A DNA stretch of 64,000 nucleotides. Origin: Dehalococcoidia bacterium. GTDB taxonomy: Bacteria > Chloroflexota > Dehalococcoidia > Lucifugimonadales > JAGWBF01. The stretch lies in contig OZ240207.1 in NCBI GenBank assembly GCA_965197415.1, positions 2,197,853-2,261,852 on the forward strand, read 5' to 3'. The notes beneath the pieces are model-generated. The model saw only the letters and a program-made list of their open reading frames with translations, was not told the origin of the DNA and did not search any database. A program made the position numbers and the translations under genes. This document shows, one piece after another, positions 1 to 10,395 of the stretch. Numbering within the stretch: the stretch's first letter is position 1; each line of letters starts with the position of its first letter.

Positions 1-530
1 TGGCTTCCCGCGTCGTTGACGTAATACTCCGTGGTCACGTCGTACCCCGCCGCTTCCATCACGGAGGCAAGGCTGGAGCCTAGGACGGCTCCTCGGGTAT
101 GGCCAACATGGACGGGACCCGTGGGGTTCACGCTGACAAACTCTATGAGGACCTTCCGGCCCTGGCCAACGGTGCGCCTCCCGTAGTCGCCCCCGTCCTG
201 GAGGATGGACTCAATCTGGGAAACCAGCCACGCATCGTCAAGGCGGAAGTTGACGAAGCCCGGAGCCGCAGCCCACACTTCCTTCACCTCTCGGCCTGTA
301 TCTATCCGAGAGGCGATCTCCTCGGCGATTTTCAGCGGGTTGACGCGATGGGACTTGGCCAGCCGGAGAGGCAGGCTGGTGGCGAAATCTCCATGTTCAG
401 GGTTTGCGGGACGCTCGACGGCGATATCGGGCAGCGTCTCCAGGTTGAGGACACCCGCGTCGCGGGCTTCCGCCAGGGCGGTGCGGACTTTCTCGACGAT
501 GAGGTCTCGGTGGACAGGCGCGGCAGGCAT
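1..530 (-). CDS. argS: Arginine--tRNA ligase, N-terminal part (gene runs off the left edge)
   Basis: Reverse translation from ATG 530-528 reads MPAAPVHRDLIVEKVRTALAEA...VSVNPTGPVHVGHTRGAVLG...EYYVNDAGSQ. It has a class-I HIGH-type motif (HVGH) and the ArgRS YYVNDAG block. It is absent from the ORF track because no stop lies in the window. Confidence 0.85.
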   Translation of the reverse strand, partial: MPAAPVHRDLIVEKVRTALAEARDAGVLNLETLPDIAVERPANPEHGDFATSLPLRLAKSHRVNPLKIAEEIASRIDTGREVKEVWAAAPGFVNFRLDDAWLVSQIESILQDGGDYGRRTVGQGRKVLIEFVSVNPTGPVHVGHTRGAVLGSSLASVMEAAGYDVTTEYYVNDAGS

Positions 531-558
531 GTCTGTATGCAACCCGACAGAGGTTAGC

Positions 559-957
559 CTATCCCTCGGACATCTGGAACCAGAGGCCCAGGGACGACTC
601 AGGTTCGATGTTGGCGGCCAGGTAGCCACGCGGGCTGTTGGTGACTCCGCCCTCACCCCTCATCTTGTTGCCCTTTGCGGCCAGGCCCGCTGACACTTCC
701 CGGATGTTGTCCACGGCCCAGGACACATGGTAGACACCCGGCCCATTCTTCTGCAGGAACTGGGCCAGTCCGCTATTGGGGTCTCCCGGCTCGGTTATCT
801 CAATCAGCGTGGGGCCGACTTTGTAGAGGGCGTCTTTCCCCATGTCTCCCAGGTCTTCCAGCTTTTCAGGCTTGAGGCCGAAGTTCTCTTCGATATAGGC
901 CACCATGTCGTCCCGGTTGTGGACGGCGTAGTGGACATGATGAACATTCTTGAACAT
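559..957 (-). CDS. VOC/glyoxalase-family protein (methylmalonyl-CoA epimerase-like)
   Basis: 132-aa ORF. The HHVHYAV start and the later GVYHVSWAVDN block are typical of the paired beta-alpha-beta-beta-beta metal-binding VOC fold. Confidence 0.65.
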   Translation of the reverse strand: MFKNVHHVHYAVHNRDDMVAYIEENFGLKPEKLEDLGDMGKDALYKVGPTLIEITEPGDPNSGLAQFLQKNGPGVYHVSWAVDNIREVSAGLAAKGNKMRGEGGVTNSPRGYLAANIEPESSLGLWFQMSEG

Positions 958-1096
958 TCAGGGCCTCCTTACTGACTATGGCCAAGGGCGCTGGATGCGT
1001 CTCCAGCGACAAGAGGCATAATTCTACTTCACGCCCACGGGAGCGTCAAACGGTTGGGGCGCGACAAAAACTATCCTGTCTTTAAGGTGGCTCTTC

Positions 1097-3604
1097 CTAG
1101 CTGGGATCGGCGCCGACGGCTTCCATGAACTTTGTGGCGGCGGAAGCCAGTGGGGCATGGTCGGGGGCCTGGAGGTCGGGGTCTTCGTCCAGGAGCCTGG
1201 CGGCCTCGGTGCGGGCGGACTGGAGAAGGTCCCTGTCTGAAGGACGGGCCACCCGCAGATCGGGGAGCCCGCTCTGGCGGGTGCCAAAGGCGTCGCCGGG
1301 GCCTCTAATTTCCAGATCAACCTCGGCCAGCCGGAACCCGTCATGGATGCGTTCGACTGCCGCGAGACGCTGGTTTGCGTCAGCAGTCGAGACGTCGGCG
1401 AGCAGCAGGCAGTAGCTCTTGTGCTCGCCACGACCCACACGCCCCCGGAACTGGTGCAGCTGGGCTACCCCAAACCTGTGGGCCGCCTCCACCAGCATGA
1501 CCGTTGCGTTGGGAACGTCTATACCCACCTCCACCACGGCAGTAGACACTAGGACGTCTGTCTCGCCGTCTCGAAACTTGGACATGACCTGTTCCTTCTG
1601 CCGCGAACTCATCTTGCCGTGGAGCAGGTCCACCCGCAGGTCGGGGAAGACCTCAGTGGCCAGGCGTTCGTATTCCGCCGTGGCCGCCCGTGCCTCCACG
1701 GCTTCCGACTCCTCTATAAGCGGGCATACCACGAAGGCTTGACGCCCGTTCTTGACCTCTTTACGAACGAAGCCGTAGGCGCCGTCTCTCCGTTCCTCCG
1801 GGACTCGGCGGGTCATGATTTCCTGGCGGCCTGGCGGAAGCTCGTCCAGGGTGGACACGTCCAGGTCTCCATAGAGAGTCAAGGCCAGAGTACGGGGAAT
1901 GGGAGTCGCCGACAATGCAATCAGGTGAGGGCTTATCTCCCCCTTCTGCCTTAAAGCCGCCCTCTGCATGACCCCGAACCTGTGCTGCTCGTCCACCACC
2001 GCCAAGGCCAGCTTGGGAAGGTCCACACCCTGCTGGATAATGGCGTGGGTGCCCACCAGGATGTCCAGGCTGCCCTCCGCCGCCTTCTTCCTGAGGGTCC
2101 GCTTGGTGGAAGCCTTGACGCTTCCGGTCATAAGCCCCACGGTCACGGGCCTGGGGAATCCGTCCAACTCTACGCCAATCAGGTTTTCGCTCTCCTCCGA
2201 CAACGCGAGGCCGCCCAGCAGTTTGGTCACCGTGGCGAAATGCTGCTCGGCCAACACTTCGGTTGGGGCCATAATGGAGCCTTGGAAGCCGCTGGCAGCG
2301 GCGGCGAGAAGAGCAGCTAGAGCCACCACCGTCTTGCCGCTGCCCACGTCCCCCTGCAGGAGCCTGTTCATGGGTGGAGCGGCGTTGCGCATGTCATTCA
2401 TTACTTCAGTCACACACCGTTCCTGAGCCTTGGTCAGCGGGAAGGGCAGGGAGCCAAAGAACCCGCCAAGCATCCCCGGCGGCGGGGCGACCGATACGCC
2501 GTCTGCCTGTTCCTGCCAGGACTTCCGGCGGGTGAGCAATACCAGTTGCATCATGAAAAGCTCGTCGAAGGCTAGCCGCTTTCGGGCCGATTCGAAAGCG
2601 GCCATATCCGGCGGGTAGTGGGCTTGGCGCAAGGCCGCATGGAGCGGTTGCAGCTTTAGTCGCTTGTTGATCTCTTCGGGCAAAGGGTCTTCCAGCAGGT
2701 GGGACCACTCCTCCAAAGCCTGCCATACTATGGTCCGGATTCGCCGGGGAGTCAGCCCATCCGTGGAGGGGTAGACGGGGACGAGCCTCCCGGTGTGAAT
2801 TGACACGTCACCTCGGTCGAGTATCTCGAATTCGGGGGAGTTGAACTGACGTTGGCCCTTGAAGATGTCCACCTTGCCGCTGACTGCGATCCTGGTATTG
2901 GGCTTCAACGTGCGGGCAAGGTATGGCTGCCCGAACCACACGGCGCGGATGTTGCCCGTTTCGTCGGACAACACGGCCTCAGCAGCTTTCAGCTTACGGC
3001 CTAGCGAGGTCTCCCTGGCCTCCCAGACCGTGGCGATTACGGTCTGCTCCACACCCGGGACCAGCCCACTGATTTTGGCCGTCGTGGCGAAGTCGTTGTG
3101 CCTACGGGGCATGAGGAACAGCAGGTCTCTGATGGTGGAGACGCCAATACGCTTCAGCTTTGCCGAGAGCTTTACGTCGACACCCCGCAGCCTGCTTGCG
3201 GGGGAGTCCAGTCCCAACCCGACTGCCCCTATAACATCCGAGCGCATCGGGTCCGGCTCGGCGCCGGGTTCCCTATAAGGGGGCTGCGGAGTCGTGGGAG
3301 TTCTAGGGGCTTTAGGCTCCGGGGCGGCGCCGTTCAGCTTGGCCAGCCAGCCCTCCACCCATGCCTTGCGTTTTGCCTTGGACAGACGGGAATAGGAGCC
3401 GTTGGGCGGCTTCTTTCCCCAAAGGGCGGGGAGGTCGTCGGCCCAGTGTTTGAGGAAGAGGTCCATGCCGCCTCCGACGGCTTTGTCGTCAAAACTCCGG
3501 CTTACCTCCAGCAGGAGGATTTTCCGGAAGGTTTCAGCGTCGAGACCAGCCATGTCAGTGGACGTCGGAAGGGGAGACCAACCCCACGTCCACCGTCTCC
3601 GCAC
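1097..3604 (-). CDS. recG: ATP-dependent DNA helicase RecG (true start possibly MAGLD at 3553)
   Basis: Walker A GDVGSGKT, DEQHRFGV box, wedge-domain region and RGRVGRG motif VI. About 130 aa of extra N-terminal sequence precede the usual RecG start. Confidence 0.9.
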   Translation of the reverse strand: MRRRWTWGWSPLPTSTDMAGLDAETFRKILLLEVSRSFDDKAVGGGMDLFLKHWADDLPALWGKKPPNGSYSRLSKAKRKAWVEGWLAKLNGAAPEPKAPRTPTTPQPPYREPGAEPDPMRSDVIGAVGLGLDSPASRLRGVDVKLSAKLKRIGVSTIRDLLFLMPRRHNDFATTAKISGLVPGVEQTVIATVWEARETSLGRKLKAAEAVLSDETGNIRAVWFGQPYLARTLKPNTRIAVSGKVDIFKGQRQFNSPEFEILDRGDVSIHTGRLVPVYPSTDGLTPRRIRTIVWQALEEWSHLLEDPLPEEINKRLKLQPLHAALRQAHYPPDMAAFESARKRLAFDELFMMQLVLLTRRKSWQEQADGVSVAPPPGMLGGFFGSLPFPLTKAQERCVTEVMNDMRNAAPPMNRLLQGDVGSGKTVVALAALLAAAASGFQGSIMAPTEVLAEQHFATVTKLLGGLALSEESENLIGVELDGFPRPVTVGLMTGSVKASTKRTLRKKAAEGSLDILVGTHAIIQQGVDLPKLALAVVDEQHRFGVMQRAALRQKGEISPHLIALSATPIPRTLALTLYGDLDVSTLDELPPGRQEIMTRRVPEERRDGAYGFVRKEVKNGRQAFVVCPLIEESEAVEARAATAEYERLATEVFPDLRVDLLHGKMSSRQKEQVMSKFRDGETDVLVSTAVVEVGIDVPNATVMLVEAAHRFGVAQLHQFRGRVGRGEHKSYCLLLADVSTADANQRLAAVERIHDGFRLAEVDLEIRGPGDAFGTRQSGLPDLRVARPSDRDLLQSARTEAARLLDEDPDLQAPDHAPLASAATKFMEAVGADPS

Positions 3605-3679
3605 CGATATGCACGCCCGTCAGCGGGCCACATGCACGATTCACCACGCTTATCACCGCCACCCTAACACTCCCGGCCG

Positions 3680-5347
<1,668 letters not shown>

Positions 5348-5451
5348 AGTCCCATTTTCCTTGCTGTCAGCTTTCGGGCTATGGTATCCTATAGCCCGTT
5401 GGTTTTCAATTTGCTGCCCTCATCCCTTCGGCAAGCTCAGGGCAGGCTCCA

Positions 5452-5472
5452 CCCTCTCCCAGGGGGAGAGGG
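5452..5472. repeat. GC-rich palindromic repeat (CCCTCTCCC-AGG-GGGAGAGGG), member of a dispersed family
   Basis: Perfect 9-bp stem read in the yloV/rpmB intergenic region. It is related to the copies at 28483 and 49284. Confidence 0.7.
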
Positions 5473-5501
5473 GGTACGGGTCGCCCCAACAAGGAAACAT
5501 C

Positions 5502-5687
5502 ATGAAGTGCGAACTCTGCGGGAAAGCCGGGATGTCCGGCAACAACGTCAGCCACTCCAAGCGGCGGACCAAGACCCGGTTTCTAGCCAACGTCCACAAG
5601 CAGACACTGACCATCGACGGGACCAACAAGCGGGTCAAGATATGCACCCGCTGCCTGCGAACGCTCCACAAGCCCGCCAGGGCCTAA
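5502..5687 (+). CDS. rpmB: 50S ribosomal protein L28
   Basis: MKCELCGKAGMSGNNVSHSKRRTKTRFLANVHK... is a canonical L28 sequence. The start was taken at an internal ATG of the longer track ORF. Confidence 0.9.
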   Translation: MKCELCGKAGMSGNNVSHSKRRTKTRFLANVHKQTLTIDGTNKRVKICTRCLRTLHKPARA

Positions 5688-6376
5688 GGGTCGGCCTCCA
5701 CGCCCTGGATGCTGGCGCGCAGCCTGTCCATCGCTTCCTGGACCGACTCCCTGTCGTTGAAGATGGCCGATCCCGCCACTAAGATGGTCGCCCCCGCCCG
5801 CACACAGTCCGCCGCCGTGTCCGCATTGATTCCGCCGTCCATTTGTATCTCCGGGGTGTAGCCCCGCTCCGCCAACACCCGCCTTAGCCGCGCCGTCTTT
5901 GCCAGGGTTTCCGGTATCAGCTTCTGCCCTCCGAACCCCGGGTTCACCGAACCTATGAGGGCTATGTCCACGTAGACCAGCATCTCCTCCAGAGCCGACA
6001 AGGGGGTCGCGGGGTTGATGGCCACGCCGACCTGGGCGCCCTGGTCTTTGATCTGGTGCACCAGCCTGTGCAGGTGATAGGTGGACTCGCTGTGGACGAT
6101 GATCTGGTCAGAGCCTGCCTTCACGAAATCGGAGATGAACTCCTCCGGTTTCTCTATCTGGAGATGGACGTTGAGGGGCAGGTGGGTCGCGGCCCTGATG
6201 CCCTCGACGACGATAGGGCCCATCGTGATGTTGGGGACGAAGTGGCCGTCCATGACGTCTACGTGGATATAGTCGGCGCCTGCCGCCGTCACCTCGGCCA
6301 CCTGCTCTCCCAAGCGGGCGAAGTCAGCCGTGAGGATGGATGGGGCCAACTTTACTGTACTGCTGGACTCGGTCAA
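5684..6376 (-). CDS. rpe: Ribulose-phosphate 3-epimerase
   Basis: APSILTADF, HVDVMDGHFVPN and NPGFGGQK blocks. Confidence 0.9.
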   Translation of the reverse strand: MTESSSTVKLAPSILTADFARLGEQVAEVTAAGADYIHVDVMDGHFVPNITMGPIVVEGIRAATHLPLNVHLQIEKPEEFISDFVKAGSDQIIVHSESTYHLHRLVHQIKDQGAQVGVAINPATPLSALEEMLVYVDIALIGSVNPGFGGQKLIPETLAKTARLRRVLAERGYTPEIQMDGGINADTAADCVRAGATILVAGSAIFNDRESVQEAMDRLRASIQGVEADP

Positions 6377-7752
6377 TTCTCTCCTCCTGGACTTTGGTTG
6401 CTGTTGGGGTCGCGGTCCAGAGCGGTCCTGGCCCGGTCTAGGGCGTCCCGGACCTGGGCCGGGGCTGTGCCTCCGTAGACGTTTCTGGCAGCCGCTGAAC
6501 TCTGGGCGGTAATGTTCTTCACGTCCTCTCTGAATTCGGTCGAGAAAGCGTGAAGCTCCTCCATTGTAAGCTCATCGAGGCCTTTCCCGTGGTCCGCGGC
6601 GTAGTCGCAGAGGCGCGACACCACGCCGTGGGCTTCTCTAAAGGGCGTTCCTCGTTCAGTCACGAGGTAGTCAGCCAAGTCGGTGGCCAACATGTGGCCG
6701 CCGGAAGAAGCACGGGCCATGTTCTCGGCATCCACCTCCAGGGTGGAGACCATTCCCGTGAACACGTCCAAGGTGGCGAGCAGCGTGTCCACGGTGTCGA
6801 AGAGGCCTTCCTTGTCCTCCTGGAGGTCCCGGTTGTAGGTCATGGGCAGGCCCTTCATGGTCGTCAGGACGCCCACCAGATGTCCGTACACCCGGCCCGT
6901 CTTGCCCCGGGCCAGCTCGGCAAAGTCGGGGTTTCGTTTCTGGGGCATGATGCTGCTGCCCGTCACGTACTCCGGGGACAGGCGGACATACCCGAACTCC
7001 TGGGAAGTCCACAAAGCCAGCTCCTCGGCCAGCCTTGAGAGGTGCATCATGCAGATGGAAGCCGCGGACTGGTACTCCACGATGAAGTCCCGGTCGGAGA
7101 CGGCGTCCATGGAGTTCTCGCTTATGGCCGAGAAGCCCAACTCACGGGCCAGGAACTCCCTGTCCGTGGGATAGGGGACACCGGCTAGCGCCCCGCTGCC
7201 GAGGGGCAGCACGTCGGTGCGTTTGCGGCAGTCGGCAAAGCGTGACTTGTCCCGCTCAAGCATCTGAAAGTAGGCCAGAAGGTGGTGGGCGAGCAGCACG
7301 GGCTGAGCCCTCTGGAGATGGGTGTACCCGGGCATGAGGGTGTCCTTGTGGGACTCCGCCAACTCCAACAGCGCTCCTTGCAGTCGCGCCAGGCCGGCCA
7401 GCGTGTCTCCTATGGCGTCCTTTACGAACATTCGGAGGTCCAGGGCTATCTGGTCGTTGCGGGAGCGGCCCGTGTGCATCCGGCCCGCCGTTTCCCCTCC
7501 TATCAGTTGGGCCAGCCGGGACTCCACGTTCATGTGGATGTCCTCAAGCCCTTCGTCCCAGGGGAATGATCCGTTCTCGATTTCTGCACGGACGGTCTCC
7601 AAGCCGGAGACTATTCTTTGGAAGTCGTCCTCGTCGATGATGCCCTGTTTGGCCAACATGCGGACGTGCACTATGGAGCCGGCTATGTCCTGCGGGTAGA
7701 GTCGCCGGTCGTAGTGTATGGAGACAGTGTAGTTGCGGACTCTATCGTCCAT
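6373..7752 (-). CDS. argH: Argininosuccinate lyase
   Basis: HTGRSRNDQ, GYTHLQRAQP and the fumarate-lyase signature GSSIMPQKRNPD. Confidence 0.95.
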   Translation of the reverse strand: MDDRVRNYTVSIHYDRRLYPQDIAGSIVHVRMLAKQGIIDEDDFQRIVSGLETVRAEIENGSFPWDEGLEDIHMNVESRLAQLIGGETAGRMHTGRSRNDQIALDLRMFVKDAIGDTLAGLARLQGALLELAESHKDTLMPGYTHLQRAQPVLLAHHLLAYFQMLERDKSRFADCRKRTDVLPLGSGALAGVPYPTDREFLARELGFSAISENSMDAVSDRDFIVEYQSAASICMMHLSRLAEELALWTSQEFGYVRLSPEYVTGSSIMPQKRNPDFAELARGKTGRVYGHLVGVLTTMKGLPMTYNRDLQEDKEGLFDTVDTLLATLDVFTGMVSTLEVDAENMARASSGGHMLATDLADYLVTERGTPFREAHGVVSRLCDYAADHGKGLDELTMEELHAFSTEFREDVKNITAQSSAAARNVYGGTAPAQVRDALDRARTALDRDPNSNQSPGGEN

Positions 7753-7827
7753 GAATCTCTCGCAGACAAGAGCTTAACGCAACCCTCAGGCGGTCTTCCC
7801 ACACCACCCCGTTCACCCCCATCTCAA

Positions 7828-7848
7828 TCTTCCCCCTGAGGGGGAAGA
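7828..7848. repeat. Palindromic hairpin TCTTCCCC-CTGA-GGGGAAGA between argG and argH
   Basis: Read directly from the sequence. It is a variant of the CCCTCTCCC..GGGAGAGGG family. Confidence 0.6.
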
Positions 7849-7905
7849 GGGCTTGCAACAGTCTCACTTACCCCTGAGTCTTCCTTGCAGATTGATTGGG
7901 GCCGA

Positions 7906-9141
7906 TTATACTCCCTCGGACCCCGTCGTCTCCCGCCGCACCTGGGCCTGGTTGCGCACAGGCAAACCGTAAATGGCTATGAACCCTTCGGCGGACTTGT
8001 GGTCGAATGCGTCAGCCCGGTCGTAGGTGGCCAAGCCGTAGTTGTAGAGGGAGTTGGGAGACTTGCGGCCAACGACGGTGCACGTCCCCTTGTGGAAGCG
8101 CATCCGCACGGTCCCGTCCACCACTCGCTGTGTGGACTCGACGTATGCATCCATGTCCCGACGGTGCTGGGTGAACCATAGGCCGTTGTACACGACGTCG
8201 GCATACTCCTGGGCGATTCGGGCTTTCAGGCGAAGCTGCTCCTTGCCCAGGGTTATTGCTTCCAACCCCTTATGGGCCGTGTGGAGCGCCACCGCCGCGG
8301 GGGACTCGTAGACCTCCCTTGACTTAATGCCCACCAGCCTGTTCTCCACGTGGTCGATGCGCCCGACGCCATGCTCGCCCGCCGTCCGGTTCAGATGCCA
8401 GACCAGGTCCACCCCCTGCATCTCCTCACCGTCCACCGACACGGGCAAGCCTTCCCTGAAGCCAATCACCACGTAGGCAGGTTCGTCGGGTGTCTCGGAG
8501 ACGGGCTTTGTCCATTCGTAAGCCGCTTCCGGGGGCTCAGCCCAGGGGTCTTCCAGGTCTCCCGCCTCGATGCTACGGCCCCAGAGGTTTTCGTCGGTGG
8601 AGTAGGGACCTTTTCCGGTGGGAACCGGAATGTCCCGCTGGCGGGCGTACTCTATCTCTTCCTCCCGGCTCATGCCCCAATCGCGAATGGGAGCTATCAC
8701 TCTCAGGTCGGGAGCCAACGCTGCCACGCCCACGTCAAGCCTGACCTGGTCGTTGCCCTTGCCCGTGCAGCCGTGGGCCACAGCCGTGGCACCCACCTGC
8801 CGGGCCGCTTTCACGAGATGACGCGCTATAAGGGGCCTGCCCAAGGCCGTGGCCAGAGGGTATTGCTCCTCGTATATTGCTCCGGCTCGGAGGGCGGGGC
8901 AGATGTAGTCGCTGTAGAACTCGTCCTTCGCGTCGGCGACCAAGGCGTCAACAGCCCCTATCTGAAGGGCTTTCTCCCTGACGGGACCCAGGTCCACCAT
9001 CCCCAAGTCGACGGTAAAGGTGACGATGTCGGAACCGTACTCCTCCTTGAGCCAGCGGACTGCCACAGAGGTGTCCAGGCCGCCGCTGTAGGCGAGAACT
9101 ATCTTGTCGGGCTTGTCGGGTTTGTCGGACTTATCGGCCAT
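7906..9141 (-). CDS. argG: Argininosuccinate synthase
   Basis: AYSGGLDTS P-loop-like motif and the GCTGKGNDQVR block. Confidence 0.95.
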   Translation of the reverse strand: MADKSDKPDKPDKIVLAYSGGLDTSVAVRWLKEEYGSDIVTFTVDLGMVDLGPVREKALQIGAVDALVADAKDEFYSDYICPALRAGAIYEEQYPLATALGRPLIARHLVKAARQVGATAVAHGCTGKGNDQVRLDVGVAALAPDLRVIAPIRDWGMSREEEIEYARQRDIPVPTGKGPYSTDENLWGRSIEAGDLEDPWAEPPEAAYEWTKPVSETPDEPAYVVIGFREGLPVSVDGEEMQGVDLVWHLNRTAGEHGVGRIDHVENRLVGIKSREVYESPAAVALHTAHKGLEAITLGKEQLRLKARIAQEYADVVYNGLWFTQHRRDMDAYVESTQRVVDGTVRMRFHKGTCTVVGRKSPNSLYNYGLATYDRADAFDHKSAEGFIAIYGLPVRNQAQVRRETTGSEGV

Positions 9142-9155
9142 GCACGCCGCCTCGG

Positions 9156-10361
9156 TTAGATTTTACCCAGGGCTGTCTCGAACCTGGAGAGGGCCCCGTC
9201 TATTTCGTCGGCATTCACGTTAAGAGGCGGCATGAACCTGATGGCGTTGGGGCGCACCGGGTTCAAAAGCAGCCCCTCCTTGTTGCACTGGCCCACCACC
9301 TGGGCCGAGATTTCGTCTGGAAACTCGGCGGCGATGAGCAATCCTTTGCCCCTAACGTCCTTTATCTTTCCAGTCCTGGAGCCCACCGCCTCCAGTCCTT
9401 CCATCAGCCTCTGCCCCATGACACGGGCGTTGGCTGATAGGTCATGGTCGATGATGACCTTGGTTGAGGCATAGGCGGCGGCGCAGGTGAGGGCGTTGCC
9501 GCCGTAGGTAGAACCGTGGTCTCCCGGTTCCAGGGCCATGCATGCGTCCTTGGACATGAAGGCGCCTATGGGCACTCCGCCGCCGAGGCCCTTACCGAGG
9601 GCCATTGCATCGGGCTCGATGCCGAACTGCTCGTAGCCGAACAGGCTTCCCAGGCGCCCGAACCCCGTCTGGACCTCGTCGAGGACCAAGAGAAGCCCCT
9701 GGCTGTCGCACCAGTCCCGGATCCGCTTGAAGTAGTCGTCGGCGGGCACATTCACGCCACCCTCGCCCTGCACCGGCTCCAGGAGCACTGCGGCAGTGCG
9801 GTCGTTGGTGGCTTCCATTATGGCCTCGACGTTGTCGTAGTCCACGTGGACGAAGCCGGGAGTCACAGGCTGGAAAGGCTCCTGGTAGTGGGGGTTGCCC
9901 GTGGCGGACAGGGCCGTCAGCGTGCGGCCATGGAAGGAGTGGTTGGCGGTGATGACCTCATAGGCGCCGTCGCGGGTCTTTTTTCCATGCTTCCTGGCCA
10001 GCTTGATGGCCCCCTCAACGGCCTCGGCTCCGCTGTTGCTGAAGAACACTTTGTCCAAGGCGCTGTTTTCCACCAGCAGTTGGGCAAGGCGCAGCTGGGG
10101 CAGGGTGTAGAACTGGTTGGACGTCTGGAGCAGCGTTGATGCCTGCTCCATGATAGCGGAGGTGATGGCCGGGTGGCTGTGGCCCAGGTTGTCCACGGCC
10201 CATCCGGCGCAGAAGTCCAGGTACTCGTTGCCCTCCACGTCCCAGACCCAACTCCCGTCGCCCTTCTCTATCACCACCGGCTGCCGCCGCACGGTGAACA
10301 TGTAGTACTTCTTTTCAAGCTCCATCCAGTCATTGGACGAGCGAGGTTCCACGTCGCTCAT
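9156..10361 (-). CDS. argD: Acetylornithine aminotransferase (class III PLP aminotransferase)
   Basis: SGAEAVEGAIKLARK, LDEVQTGFGRLG and LGKGLGGG blocks. It lies in the arg cluster. Confidence 0.85.
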   Translation of the reverse strand: MSDVEPRSSNDWMELEKKYYMFTVRRQPVVIEKGDGSWVWDVEGNEYLDFCAGWAVDNLGHSHPAITSAIMEQASTLLQTSNQFYTLPQLRLAQLLVENSALDKVFFSNSGAEAVEGAIKLARKHGKKTRDGAYEVITANHSFHGRTLTALSATGNPHYQEPFQPVTPGFVHVDYDNVEAIMEATNDRTAAVLLEPVQGEGGVNVPADDYFKRIRDWCDSQGLLLVLDEVQTGFGRLGSLFGYEQFGIEPDAMALGKGLGGGVPIGAFMSKDACMALEPGDHGSTYGGNALTCAAAYASTKVIIDHDLSANARVMGQRLMEGLEAVGSRTGKIKDVRGKGLLIAAEFPDEISAQVVGQCNKEGLLLNPVRPNAIRFMPPLNVNADEIDGALSRFETALGKI

Positions 10362-10395
10362 TGGGCGCCTCCTTCCGTTTTCCTGTGGAGCATGG

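Noticed and set aside
99-693. Plus-strand ORFs 99-557 and 205-693 at the left edge.
   Set aside because: The opposite strand encodes an unmistakable ArgRS N-terminus (HVGH, YYVNDAG) and the end of the VOC gene. The plus-strand frames are antisense artefacts.
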